Program-made: the position numbers and the translations under genes | Assembly: GCA_963821435.1 (NCBI GenBank) | Contig: CAWGDR010000015.1 | Span: forward strand, 6,240 to 70,239 | Direction: 5' to 3' | DNA from: an uncultured Acidobacteriota bacterium | GTDB taxonomy: Bacteria; Acidobacteriota; Thermoanaerobaculia; UBA5066 | DNA: 64,000 nucleotides | Notes under the pieces: model-generated | What the model saw: only the letters and a program-made list of their open reading frames with translations | Database searches by the model: none | What the model was told of the DNA's origin: nothing | Shown here: in pieces, positions 42,922 to 55,751 of the stretch | How positions within the stretch are numbered: position 1 is the stretch's first letter | How the letters are laid out: each line of letters opens with the position of its first letter

Positions 42922-45080
42922 TCACCCGCGACAGTCTAGTCTCGCTGCCCGCGCGGCCCTCGCATTCATTCTCCTCCTTTCGCTCGCGCCCGCCGGCGCC
43001 GCGGGCCCCGCCGCCCGCGGCCGGATGGTCGTGCTCGGCTTCGACGGGGCCGACTACCGGCTCGTGAAGCAGTACATGGCGGATGGAAAGCTTCCGAACC
43101 TCGCGAAGCTGGCGGAGCAGGGCTCGTTCTCGCCGCTGAGGCCGACGATCCCGGCGCAGACACCGGTCTCCTGGTCGACCTTCTCGACGGGGCTCTCGCC
43201 CGGCCGGACGATGATCTTCGACTTTCTGAAGCGGAACCCGAAGACGTACCGCCCCGAGTTCGCGATCGCAGAGGAGGGGAAGAAACGGTTTCTCCTGGGC
43301 GGGGCGAACCGGGCGGGGCTGACCCTCGCCGGGTTCGTCGCCGGCGCGCTCGCGGTATACGGTCTCGGCCGCGTGGCGGCGAAGAAGCGCGCGCCCGCGC
43401 TCGCAGCGGGCGCGGTGGCAGGCATCCTCCTCGCCCTCGCCGGTTTCCGGATCGGCGGCTTCCTCCCCGAAAGCGCGCCGACGGTGACGAACAACCGGCG
43501 CGGCACGCCGTTCTGGGAGGCGGCCGCGAAGAAGGGGATTTCCTCTGTCGTTCTCCACGTCCCGGTGACGTTCCCCGCGGTCGACTACGACAACGGGCGG
43601 CTCCTCGCGGGCCTCGGCGTCCCGGACGTTCGCGGGCGGATCGGCACGCCGAGCTACTACACATCCGACCCGTTCTTCGCGCCGAAGAACAAGAACGAGT
43701 TCTCGGTGGAGCTGGTTCGCCTCGAGTCGAACACGGGGACGATCAGGACCGAAGTCTTCGGGCCGTACAACAAGCTCTTCTCCTCGCCCCCCGTCATCAA
43801 GACGCCGATGACGCTGACGGTCGTGGACGGAGGACAGGCGCTCCGGATCGAGCCCCTCGGCTCGGAGATGGTGACGCTGAAGCCGGGGAGTGGTCGGGCT
43901 GGGTCGTCTTCACGTTCGCGTTCAACCCGGTCGTGAAGATCACCGGAATCGGACGTTTCCACCTCGCGTCGATCGCGCCGGAGATCCGGCTCTACCTCTC
44001 GCCGATCCACTTCAACCCGCGGACCTCCCGCCGGGGGTGAAGATCACCGCTCCCGCGTCGCTCGCGAAGAGGCTCTCGGACCGGTACGGCTTCTACAAGA
44101 CGATGGGGTGGCAGATCGACACCTGGTCGATGAGCGAGGAGACGCTCGACGAGGACTCCTTCCTCGAGGACGTCGACGCCACCAGAAGAAGTTCCGGGAG
44201 ATGTTCAACGGCTTCCTCGCCGAGAAGGACCTCGGGCTCATCGTCCAGATCTTCGAGTTCCCGGACCGTGTCGGGCACTGCTTCTGGCGCTTCCTCGACC
44301 CGCTCCACCCGAGGTACGACGCGGTGAAGGCGGCGAAGTTCGCGCCGGCGATGGAGAAGACGTACCGACAGATGGACGACATCGTCGGCGACGCGCTGAA
44401 GACCCTCGGTCCGGACGACTCGCTCCTCGTCCTCTCCGACCACGGCTTCTCCACGTGGCGCCGGTCGGTGAACTACAACACCTGGCTCGTGAAGAACGGC
44501 TTCATGGCGCTGACCGGAGGCGAGGGGAAGCAGGCCGACCTCGAGCAGCTCTTCGGGCAGGGCGAATTCTGGCCGAACGTCGACTGGTCGAAGACGAAGG
44601 CCTACTCGATGGGTCTCGGCGACATCTACGTCAACGTGAGGGGGCGCGAAGGGAAGGGGATCGTCTCGCCCGGCGCCGAATACGAGCAGGTGCGGAAGGA
44701 GATCATCGCCGGGCTGTCGGGGCTCGTCGACCCGAAGACGGGGCAGAGAGCCGTGTCGAGGATCTTCACGCGCGAGGAGGCCTACGGCTCCTTCGACGCC
44801 GACGTCATCCCGGACCTCTTCGTGACGAACACGATGGCGTACCGGGTCGGCTGGCAGAGCAGCCTCGGCGTGGTGACGCCCGAGATGTTCGAGGACAATG
44901 CCCAGGTCTGGTCGCGGCGACCACTGCTCGCTCGATCCGGCGCTCGTGCCCGGGATCCTCTTCTCGAACCGGAAACTCGTGTCCGGGAGGGAACCCGGCA
45001 TCGCCGACGTTCCCGCGTCGATCCTGAAGCTGCTCGACGTTCCCGAGCCCGAGAAGCTCGACGGAGTTCCCCTGTTCTGA
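42914..45080 (+). CDS. Alkaline-phosphatase-superfamily phosphodiesterase / nucleotide pyrophosphatase (frameshifted)
   Basis: VLGFDGAD, AQTPVSWSTFSTG, PDRVGH, LSDHGF, VDWSKT, GDH; two-TM insertion. Confidence 0.88.
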
Positions 45081-46308
45081 CGAGACCGGCGCTCGCGCTG
45101 CTCCTCCTCCTGACCGGCGGGGCGCCGGCCCTCGGCCAGGCGCCCCCGGACGACGCTCCCGTCCCGCTTCCGGCCGAGACGCCCGGCCCGCCACCGGAAC
45201 CCGCCGCGACGCCGGCCCCGGCGCTGACGGTCGACCAGCGGAAGCAGGAGCTGGCCGCGCTCCGGCGGCGCCTCGCGGACCTCCGGGCGAAGTACGACGC
45301 GACCCGGCGTAAGGAATCGGACCTGACGCAGGCGCTCGCGGCCGCGGAACTGAATCTCCAGATCCAGACTGCCGAGCGGCGCGTGGTGGAGCTTCGCCGG
45401 GCCGACGCCGAGCGCGAGGCAGCGCGCGCGCACGCGGACGTCGCCGCCGCGGAGAAGTCGTCGGCGGCGCTGAGGGCCGACCTGGCCGTCCGGATGGCGG
45501 CTCTCTACCGGCTCGGACGGCTAGGGTACCTGCGGCCCCTCGCCGCGGCGGACTCGGGAGCTCAGTTCCTGCAGGGCCTGAAGGTCCTCGCGCACCTCGC
45601 CCGGCGCGATGCCGCGCGCTCCTGTCGCGTTACGACGAGTCGCAACGAACGCTCGCGCACCTCGAGGAGGAGCTGGCGGCACGGCGGCGGGAGCTGGGCG
45701 CGCTCGCCGCCGAGGCGCGGGAGCGGGAGAGCGTGCTTGCGGCCGCCCGAGCGCAGCAGGCGCAGCTACTCGCCCGGACGAAGCAGAGCTCCGAGGCGGA
45801 GCGTGCCGCGGTGTCGACGCTCGAGAACAAGTCCGAGCGCCTCGCGTCGCTTCTCGAGCTCCTCGAGGGGCGCGGGCGGAGCCTTCCGGCCGGCGCCGCG
45901 TCGATCAAGAGGTTCAAGGGGGCCCTCGACTGGCCCCTCAAGGGGAGGGTCGCCCTGCCGTTCGGCCGGATCGCGAACCCGAACTTCCCGAAGACCTTCC
46001 TCCGCTCGTCGGGCTGGACACTCGAGGCGCCCCCCGGCTCGGCCGTCCACGCCATCTTCGCGGGCGACATCGCGTACGCGCAGTGGCTGAAGGGGTACGG
46101 CGATCTCGTCGTCCTCGACCACGGCGAGGGGGTCTTCACGCTCTACGGCCGCCTCGCGCCGCTAACGCTCGCGCGAGGGCAGCACCTCGCGCTGGGGGAC
46201 GCCGTCGGCGTCCTCGCTGAGCCGTCGCCCGAGGACAAGGTCCCCGGCCTCTACTTCGAGATCCGCGATTCGCGCGCCTCCGTCGACCCGGCGGGCTGGC
46301 TGCGGTAA
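45077..46308 (+). CDS. envC: Murein hydrolase activator EnvC-like (coiled coil + degenerate M23), frameshifted; start uncertain
   Basis: Signal peptide, long coiled coil, KGALDWP..G, GYGDLVVLDHG, LYFEIR, VDP..WL. Confidence 0.78.
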
Positions 46309-46380
46309 CCCGGGCCGCGCCCCCGGGCGCATACTTCTCCTCAGTCCATCGCCGTCGTTGGAGGAGGCCGCCCAGCGCCG

Positions 46381-49113
46381 ATGCCCCTCGAGCCCGGTTC
46401 GCGCGTCGGACTCCTTCGAGATTCTCGGTCCGCTCGGGCGCGGCGGAATGGGCGAGGTCTTCCGGGCCCGGGACACGAGGCTTCGGCGGGACGTGGCGAT
46501 CAAAGCGCTTCCCGACGCGTTCGCCCGCGACGCGGAGCGCAGGGCACGTTTCGAACGCGAGGCCCGCCTCCTTGGGACCCTGAATCACCCGAACATCGCG
46601 ACCCTTTACGGTATCGAGGAGGCGGGGGGCGCGGTCTACCTCGTCCTCGAGCTGATCGAGGGAGAAGGGCTCGAGCAGAAGCTGGCGGGAGGGGCGCTGC
46701 CGCTCGACGAGGCGCTCGCCGTCGCTTCGCAGATCGCCGCAGCCCTCGAGACCGCGCACGGCGGGGGATCATCCACCGCGATCTGAAGCCGTCGAACGTC
46801 AAGGTCCGCCCGGACGGTACGGTGAAGGTCCTCGACTTCGGACTCGCGCGGATGACCGACGCTCCGGCGGCCTCGGACGCCACCGGCGCGCCGACGGTCA
46901 CTCCGGCGGAACGGGACCGGCATCGTCCTCGGAACCGCGGCCTACATGAGCCCCGAGCAGGCGCGCGGAAAGCCGCTCGACCGGAGAACGGACATCTTCT
47001 CCTTCGGCTGCGTTCTCTACGAGTGCCTGACCGGGCGGAGGGCCTTCCAGGGTCAGACGGTCTCGGACACGATGGCGGCCGTCCTGACGGCGGAGCCCGA
47101 CTGGGCGGCGCTCGGTCCGCGCACGCCGCCGCGCCTCACCGCGCTTCTCCGGCGGTGCCTGCGGAAGGACCCGGCGCGGCGGCTCCGCGACATGGGCGAC
47201 GTGCAGCTCGAGATCGAGGAGATCCGGGCGGAAGGATCCGCGCCCGTCCCCGCGGATGCCGCACCGGCCGCCGGCGGTCGCCCCGTACGGAGGCCCCGCG
47301 CCGCTCGTCTGGGGCCCCGCCGGCCTCCCCGCCGGAGCGCTCGTCGTTTTCGCCGCCCTCCGGCTCGCGGGCCGGGGGGACCGGCCGCCGCGTCCGCGCC
47401 GGTACGCGCGGTCCTCCGCTCCCGGAGGGCGTCCGGCTCCGGTTCGGGCTCTACCCGAGCTCGCGGTCTCGCCCGACGGCGCACGTGGTCTTTGCGCGGC
47501 CGATGGAAACGGCTCAACGCCTCTTCCGAAGCCCGCTGTCGGGTGGGGCCGCCGAGCCGATCCCGGGCACGGAGGGGGGGCGGGGACCGTTCTTCTCTCC
47601 CGACGGCGAGTGGCTCGGCTTCGTCACGGTGACGGACGTGAAGAAGGTTCCGATGTCGGGCGGAGCGCCGAGCAAGATCGTCGAGGTGTCTCCGGTCTCG
47701 CAAGGCGCGACCTGGATGGCGGACGGCTCCGTCGTCGTGGCGCGCGCGAGCAACAACGGTCTCTACCGCGTGGCGTCCTCGGGCGGCCCGCTCGAGCGCT
47801 GCTCCCGCTGGACACGGCCCGCGGCGAGCACGCGCTCCTCTGGCCTCAGGCGCTGCCGGAAGGCCGAGGGATCCTCGTCGACGGTCGTCCGCGGCGAGGA
47901 CTTCCAGGACATGGCGAGCGCCGAGGTGGTGGTCCTCGAGCCCGCCACCGGAAAGCGCCGCGTCCTGATGGAGGGAAGCACGTTCGCTCGCTATGTCCCG
48001 CCCGGCTGGCTCGTCTTCGTGCGAGGCGGCGCGCTCTTCGCGGCGCGGCTCGATCTCCCGCGCCTGTGGATCGAGGGGACGCCGGTCGTTGTCCGGGAGC
48101 CATTGCCGTTGGCGCTCGGCCGGCACGGCGAGCTTCGACGTCACCCGCGACGGGACGCTCGTCTTCGTCTCAGGAGGCTCGCGTCGCGGAGGCCGTGACG
48201 TCCGTCTGGTCCTCCTCGACCGCACCGGGGAAGACGCGTCCTGCCCCTCGCGCCCGGCGAGTATGACGATCCGAGGTTCTCGCCCGACGGCCGCGCGATC
48301 GCCCTGCAGAAGTGCGTCCTCATGTCCTGCAAGCTCCACATCTTCGACCGCGAGCGCGGCGTCCTGTCGCCGCTCGCGACCGAGCCTGGCCGCTTCATGG
48401 CCCCGGTCTGGTCGCCGGACGGCCGGCAGGTCGCCTTCGCGCACCTGATGTCGAACGACCCACGGGTCGCGGCGCGGGCCGCCGATGGCAGCGGATCGAT
48501 TCGGCCGCTCGCGACGACGGGCGAGAACGCCGAGTTCCCGAACGCGTGGTCGCCGGACGGCCGGCACCTGCTCTATGCGGTCTCCTACGACACCGACCGG
48601 GGCGAGTTGCGCCGGCGGGGGACGTCCGACCTCTGGCTCCTCCCGCTGGACGGGTCGGGCCCGGCACGCCCGTGGTTCGAGAGCCCGGCGCGCGAGGGTT
48701 CGGCGTCAATCTCGCCCGACGGACTGTGGGCGACATACATCTCCAACGAGACGGGGCGGTTCGAGGTCTACGTCCGGCCGTTCCCGGAGGGGGAGACGAA
48801 GCTGAAGATCTCACAGGATGGCGGGATCGAGCCGACATGGACGCGGGGCGGCCGGGAGATCGTCTTCCGCGACCGCGATCGCTTTCTCGCCGCCGAGTTC
48901 CGTCCGGAGCGAGCCCTCCGCGGGCACGCCGCGGGTGCTCTTCACGGCACATCTCGGCTCGGGCGGCGGCCGGACGGACGCGCCGCGGACCTACGACATC
49001 ACCCGCGACGGCGACATGTCGTCGCGCTCCGAGAACCAAGCGTCAGTGCCGAGCGCCGGCTCGGCGTCGTGACGCACTGGACCCCGACCTCGGGGCCGCC
49101 CGCCGGGAACTGA
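46381..49113 (+). CDS. Hanks-type Ser/Thr kinase with C-terminal PD40/TolB-like propeller (frameshifted)
   Basis: [39 protein letters not shown]; repeated FSPDG/WSPDG. Confidence 0.9.
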
Positions 49114-49121
49114 GGGCCGAC

Positions 49122-50217
49122 ATGGGGGGAGACGACCGGCCCGTCCGCCGGATCCTCCACGTCGACATGGACGCCTTTTACGCGTCGGTGGAGCAGCGCG
49201 ACGATCCGGCGCTGAAGGGAAAGCCGGTGGCCGGGGGGGCGACCCGAAGGGGCGCGGGGGTCGTCTGCGCGGCCAGCTACGAGGCGCGGGCGTTCGGCGT
49301 CCGCTCGGCGATCCCGATGGCCCGGGCCGTCCGGCTCTGCCCGAAGCTCGTCGTCGTGAGGCCCGATTTCGGGAAGTACCGCGCCGTGTCGCGGCAGGTC
49401 TTCGACCTCTTCCGGACCGTGACGCCGCTCGTCGAGCCGCTCGCGCTCGACGAGGCGTACCTCGACGTGACGGTGAACGCCTGGGGAGAGATCGGCGTGA
49501 AGGTCGCCCGGCGCCTCAAGGAGGAGATCCGGAGGACCACAGGGCTGACGGCGTCGGCGGGGGTCGCGCCGAACAAGTTCCTCGCGAAGATCGCCTCGGG
49601 GTGCAAGAGCCGGATGGGCTGACCGTCATCGCGCCGGAGACGGTGGAGCGGTTCCTCGCGGCGCTTCCGGTCGACGCGCTCTGGGGCGTCGGGCCCGTGA
49701 CGGCAGCGAAGCTCCGGGCCGTCGGCATCGAGAAGCTGGTCGACGTGAGGGGGGCCGACGCGGCGCTTCTCCGCCGCACGGTCGGGAGCTGGGCGGAGAC
49801 GCTCGTCACTCGCCGCGGCATCGACAGCGCCCCGGGGCGCCCGACCGCGCGGCGACGTCGTGCGGCAGGGAGGAGACGTACTCGCGCGACCTCCTCGACC
49901 GCCGTTTGCTCCGGAGCGAGGCGGAGCGGATGGCGGGGGAGGTCGCGGCCTGGCTCGCGAGGAAGGGGCTCCTCGCGCGGACGGTGACGCTCAAGCTCCG
50001 CTACGCCGACTTCACGACCATCACCCGGAGCGACACGGGCGTCCCGCGACGCGGGACGCGGCCGTGATCGCGGAGCGAGCGACGGCGCTGCTCGGGGAGA
50101 ACCGAGGCGGGGAGGCGCGCGGTCCGGCTCCTCGGCGTCTCGGTCGACGGCCTCGAGTCGCCGGAGACGCACGACGCGGCCGAAGCGGATCCGCAGCTCC
50201 CGCTGGGAATCGACTGA
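49122..50217 (+). CDS. dinB: DNA polymerase IV (frameshifted)
   Basis: [57 protein letters not shown]. Confidence 0.93.
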
Positions 50218-50239
50218 CGGAGGCGGGTATCATCCCGCC

Positions 50240-51616
50240 GTGACACGTAACCGCGCCTTCGGCATCGCCGCCTCCGCTGCCCTCCTTCTCGCCCTCTTCG
50301 TCGTCCTCCCCGGGGTCGGGGCCGACGAGAAGGAGAGGAGAAGCGCGAGGCCTCTACCGTCCCCTCGGCCTCCTCACGGAGGTTCTCTTCCTCGTGAGGG
50401 CGAATTACGTCGAGCCGGTCGACACGAAGCCCCTCCTCGCCGGGGCGTTCGCCGGCGTAACACGAACCGAGGCTCACCATCTTTTCGAGAGCATCCTGTG
50501 CCTGTTGCATGGGGCGGCTCTTCTCCGCTTCTTTCCCAGCTCGGCGAGAGCAGAAGCAGAGCTGCCGGAGGCTGGGGCTCGCTCCTCGCGTAGCGCTCGG
50601 TTATCCCGTCGTCGTCGCTTCGGTCGCCGGCACCCTCGCCGAGCAGCCGCCGCGCTCATGAGCGACAAGGACGGATCAGGAAGTACTCCGACGGGCCGGT
50701 TACCTGCGCCTCGCCCACTGGGGAAGTCGAAGCGAAGATCGCGGGAAAGCCTCGGCCGGCGCTCGGTCTCGGCGGCCCGTCGGTCGCGACCGAAAGCCGA
50801 AGGGGCGGGGGCGGGCACCTGCGCGCGCCCGTTGACGGCGGATCGTGGCATAGCCCCGAAACGCTCGCACGCGCAGTGCGCGTCTCGGGTAAGATGCGTC
50901 GTCATCATCCCTCCGCCCGGTGCCCGGCACGGCCGAGCGGGAGAACCCGGCCATCCTCGTCCTCGTTCGACCGGACGAAGCTGTGAGATCTTTGACCCGA
51001 GGGACAACGCGCGGGCCGCATCAAACAAGCGAGGTGCGGCGGCGTACGGCGGCCCTCCTCGTCCCCCGCGGTCCGCCGGGGGAGCCTCTCGGCACGTAGA
51101 TCGAGAGCGAAGCTCTTTCCTCGAGTGAGCCCGGCCCAGCGCCTGCACCATAGGCCGGCGCGTCCTCCTCGCCCACAGCGGTACGGCCGGCCCGGCCAGT
51201 TCTCCGCGGCCGCGAAGGTCAAGGAGGCGCCGGCCCGTGACCAGCCCGTGAAGGCGCGGCGAGGAAAGAAGGTGGCCGACCCGAGGATACGTCGCCGAGC
51301 CAAGAGGAGGCCGACACCGCCGCGGCGAGGGAGACAGCGCCCTCCTGAAACGGGTAGATGGTGCGCCTCGTCTGCGAGCCGAGCATGGGATGGGTTCACC
51401 CAGCAGGTCGTGAAGCTATCAGAGCGGCGGCGCGCTGCAGGTCTCCGTCGGCAAATCCCGCATGCTCTCGGTCGGGCCTCTCGCCGAGGGGGCCCCCGCC
51501 CGCGACCGCGTCTACCACGTGCCGCCGGACGAAATCGTTCAATCAGTCCCCGGTCGATCCTTTCTCGAGCGCGCGTTGAAGGTGCTCGCCGGGGTGCGGC
51601 CGGAGCGGTGGTGTGA
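50240..51616 (+). CDS. PDZ / S41 C-terminal processing peptidase-like protein (sequence heavily corrupted)
   Basis: Signal peptide; LYRPLGLLTEVL..VRANYVEPVD; PDZ-like YPVVVASVAG; C-terminal DPFLERALKVL; middle unreadable. Confidence 0.55.
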
Positions 51617-51636
51617 CGGCCGGCCGGTAGAAGGAA

Positions 51637-52526
51637 TGCGGTCTCCGGTTGGCGGGTGCTCCTCCTCTTCCTCGCGGTCGCCGCCGGGTCGCTGGCTATT
51701 CGTTCTGTGCCCGGAAGGTTGGAACGGGGGGCCGGAGCCGTGCCCGTGCAGACGCGCGACCCGACGCGTCCGCGCCGACGCGGGCCGCCCGCCGGCGCCC
51801 CGGCAAGCGGGGCCCTGCGGACTTCGAAGCGGCGTCGGCGCGCGGCGCGGCGTCGCGCGACCGTGATCGACGACGTGGGACGGGAAGACCGACCCTCGCC
51901 GCCCTCGCGGCCCCTCCCGCGCCGCCCGCGCTCTCGGTCCTGCCGGGGACGCCGCGTGCGGACGAGGCGATCGCGCTCGCGAAGCGAAGGGGTGGGACCT
52001 GACTGCTCCACCTCCCGATGGAGCCCGAGTCCGAAAGGCCCGAAAAGGAGACGATCCGGACCTCCGACGACGGCGCCGTGATCCGCTTGCGCGTCCTCGG
52101 GGCTCTCGCGAAGGTGCCCGGCGCCATCGGCCACAACAACCACCAGGGCTCCACGGCGACCGCCGAACCGCGCGTCGTCCGGCACCTCCTCCTCCCGTCG
52201 CGAAGGAGCAGCGGCTCCTCTTTCTCGATTCCTGGATCACGCCGGCGACGCAGGTCGAGAACATCTCGCGCGGGCCCTCGGCGTTCTGTTCTCTCGCGGG
52301 ACGTCTTCCTCGACGACGCGGCCGCCGAGGCGAAAGACCCCGGGGGCGCCGCGGGAGCGCTCGACGCCGCGTGGGATACGGGCCGTTTCGGTCGCGACGT
52401 CGAAAGGGGAGGCTCGTCGTCATCGACAATCCGCACCGGGAAACCGTCGCGTTCCTCGCCGCGACTCTCCCGAAGCTCGGGGCCCGTGGAATTCGACCTG
52501 TGAAGGTCTCCGAGCTCGTCCCCTAG
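51637..52526 (+). CDS. Divergent polysaccharide deacetylase family protein (YibQ-like), frameshifted
   Basis: VIDDVG, LSVLP, HLPMEP, PGAIGHNNHQGS, RDVFLD; start approximate. Confidence 0.8.
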
Positions 52527-53356
52527 GCGCAGCAGCCTTCGGCGGCCTTCGCCACCGCCCAGAGGCGGTCGAGTCGGCGAGCGGCGACCTCGAAACACGC
52601 CCCCGGCGGCGGCGACGCCGGCGAGGCTATCTCCCCGAACCGTCGGCGTAAGCGAACGTTCGTGGCCGGCAGGGCCGCCTCGGGATCGACGTGGAGCCGG
52701 CGCGCGACGTCACGACCTGAAGAGGATGTCGCCGATCTCGTGGGCGATCATGCTCTTCGGCGCGTTTTCGGGAGCACTTCGGCCTTGAACTCTTCGACCT
52801 CCTCGTCGAGCTTCAGGAGGACGTCCGCGTCGCGGGCCCAGTCGAAGCCCAGGTCCGCCGCCCGGCGACGTCATCCGGACGGCCTTCAGCAGCGCTGGCA
52901 GCGCTTTCGGAAACCCGTCGAACCATGATCCGGCAAGGCCGCTCTCCTTCCGCTCCTGCTCCTTCACCGCCTCCCACTGCAGCCGGACGCCGTCCGCGTC
53001 CTTGGACGTCGGCGCCGCCGAAGACGTGAGGGTGCCGCGCCACCATCTTCGGCGTGGATCCGCCGGGCCGCCGAGCCGAGGTCGAAGGCCCCGGTCTTGC
53101 TCCCGAGCCGCGTCAGGAAGACGATCTCGAAGGAGGAGGTCGCCCAGCTCGCCTTCCACTTCGCCCCACTGCTCGCGGGCGAGGGCGTCGAGCGCCTCGC
53201 TGCATTCCTCGAGGAGTAGCCGGAGAGGACCCGAACGTCTGTTTCCGGTCCCAGGGCCACTCCCTCGCGAGCCGGTCCATGAGCCGGACGAGGCCGCCGA
53301 CCGCCTTCCCCGCCCCCCTTGGCGTTCCTCCCTCGGCGCCCGCCCATCTCGCTCAT
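52523..53356 (-). CDS. mazG: Nucleoside triphosphate pyrophosphohydrolase (frameshifted)
   Basis: EECSEALDA, ELGDLLF.IVF, RHPHVFG, WE.VK..E, LPALLKA, FDW, EIGDILF. Confidence 0.85.
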
Positions 53357-53403
53357 GCCGCGGTCCTTCCTCTTGCGCAGAGATAATGAACTCTAAAGAG
53401 TGC

Positions 53404-53858
53404 ATGGCCGAAGGCGAAAAGACGATCAAGGTTGTGGACTGCCGGCTCTTCACGGCGGAGGGCGAGCTGCGCGACGAGGCCAAGGCGGAGATGGAAAGGC
53501 GAGGCGCCGATCCGGAGGCCCGCGGCCCCGCCAGGCCGACCGCCCGCCTCCCCCCGGGCCGGCGCCCGCGACGCATCAGGGCTTCCTCCGCCTCCTGGAC
53601 ATGCTCGGCCAGACGGCGGCGCTCTACATGGAGGGTTTCCCGACCCCGCGACGGGACGCCGCGAGGTGGACATGGCGGGCGCGCGGCAGATCATCGATTC
53701 TCTGATGGCGCTTCGCGAGAAGACCCGCGGGCGCCTATCCTTCCAGGAGACGGACGCGCTCGAGAGTCTCCTGGGCGAGCTCCAACTGGTGTTCGCGCGG
53801 CTCGCGGCCCCGCCGGGGCCCGAAGCCGCCGGCGCCTTCTCCGGCGAGGCGAGGCTGA
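53404..53858 (+). CDS. DUF1844 domain protein (frameshifted; end approximate)
   Basis: IKVVD.RLFT..GELR; ARQIIDSL.ALREKTRGRL...E...L..LL.ELQL.F. Confidence 0.78.
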
Positions 53859-53859
53859 T

Positions 53860-55730
53860 CCGGGCTGGAGACCCGGCCGGCGCCGCGCCGCCCGCCGCCC
53901 GCGGGGGGCGGCCGCTCTTCGCGGCCGCGGCGCTCGCCGCCTCCGCCTCGGGTCCGTCGCCCGCGCAAGGTGCTACACGACCGGGGCGAGTCCACCGACA
54001 TCGCCTTCCGGCGCCATCCGGGGCTACCGGTTCGCCTGGCTCTCCGCGAGGCGCAGGCGACGCCATCGTCGCCCTGCTCGAAGATCGACGAGATCCTCAG
54101 ATACGCGCAGAAGATCGAAAATCCGTCGGATCACCGACCTCGCGCTCTCGGCCACGGTCCTGGGGCGCCGGCAGCTCGACCAGGGGAAGCCTCGACCACC
54201 CCGGGGGCCTTTCAGTCCCCGCCCGGCTCGGCCCCGGCATCCCCGAACCGCGCCGGGCGCGGGCCGGGCTCGCCGCGCGGTCCCGGCAGCGGGGCTCGAC
54301 GGCGTCCGGAGTCTCGGGGCGGTCCGCGCGACGCCGGCCGACAGCGAGTCGCGGCGGAACTTCGCGAACCCGCATCGTGCTCGTGCTCGTCCACGCCGGC
54401 GCCTGACGGCGGCGGCATTCCTCCTGGTCCTCCTCGTCCGGCACGGCCGGCGCTGGTTCCACGACCTCGCGGAGACCGCGTCGCGCCTCCTGCCGGGAGG
54501 GCACGCCAACTACCTCCTCGTGGGCGCCATGGCGCTGGCGCCGCTGCTGCTCTCCTTCGACGTCCTCTGGTACGGGCTCTTTCTCTTCGTCGTCCTTTTC
54601 GGCTACGCGGAGGGCCGCAGAAGCTCGGCGCGTCGATCGCGCTGCCCTCGCTCCCGCTCTTCCCCGTCCTCGACTACTCGCTACACCTCGCGGTGAACTC
54701 GTCCCCGATCGTCCGTGGGGCCGAGGCGCTCGCCGAGTCGCGGTACGACCAGCGCGTCCTCGACAACCTCGAGGCGGCGAAGGTGGTCCTCCCGGACGAC
54801 CCCGACATCCGGTTCCTCCTCGGCCGCCTCTACCAGGCGCTCGGCCAGAACGACCGGCCATCGCCGAATACTCGACGCCGCGCAGCTCTCCGAGAAGGAG
54901 GCCCGCTCGTGACGACCGCGGGAACATCCGCTTCGTGGACGGGGATTTCGGCCCGGCGCAGGAGGATTACCAGGAGGCGCTGCGGCCGAACCGCGCAACG
55001 TCACCGCCCGTTACAACCTTTCGCTCCTCTACGCCGAGACGTTCCGGACGTCGAGGCGGCCAAGACGCTGAAGGAGGCCCGGGCGCTCGACCTCCCGCAG
55101 GTCCAGGCGTACCAGGACGCCCGACGCTCGTGAAGCTGGTCTCGCGGGACTACCCGGCCGAGGCGCGCGAGGAGAAGCCGCCGAGCTCGAGGGCGACCCA
55201 GGGGCCGCCGCCTCCCCGGCCACTTCCGGGGGTACAGCTGCGCACGCCTGGACGACGCCGCTCTCTGCGGGATCCTCCTCGCGTTGCCGGCGGCGCTCTT
55301 CTTCGACCGCTGCCGGCTCCGGGGGCGCGGCTACTCTTCCGAGTGCCAGAATGCGGGCGGACGTTCTGCCGGCTCTGCAAGCCGCCGGGAGAGAGCGCCC
55401 TGCTCTGCTCGCAGTCATCCACGTCTACCTCAAGAAGGACGGCGTGGCGATCGAGACGAGCTCCAGAAGCTCGAGGACGTCAAGCGCCGGAAGAGCGTCG
55501 AGGAGAAGGCTGGGGTCGTCCTGAACCTCCTCCTGCCGGGCTCGTCCGTCTTCCTTGATTCGCGCGTTCTCGTCTGCATGACGGCCTTCTTCCTTTTCGC
55601 GGCCGGCGTCATCGGTGCTTCTCTCGCGGGCGTCGCTGGGGCGTCGTACCTCGTCCGAGCCCGACCCCGGCACTCGCTTCGCCCTCTTCTGGGGCGGCCT
55701 GGTGCTGACGGGCTGGATCTCTCGGGGTAG
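53860..55730 (+). CDS. Multi-TM tetratricopeptide-repeat protein with Cys-rich (zinc-finger-like) segment; frameshifted, start uncertain
   Basis: TM helices; TPR-like FLLGRLYQALG; C..CGRTFCRLC.....LCSQ; NLLLPG. Confidence 0.55.
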
Positions 55731-55751
55731 TTACCGCCCGTAGGGCGTGAG

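Noticed and set aside
52523-53356. MazG as a toxin-antitoxin or anti-phage component
   Set aside because: Full-length two-domain housekeeping type with no mazEF or defence genes adjacent
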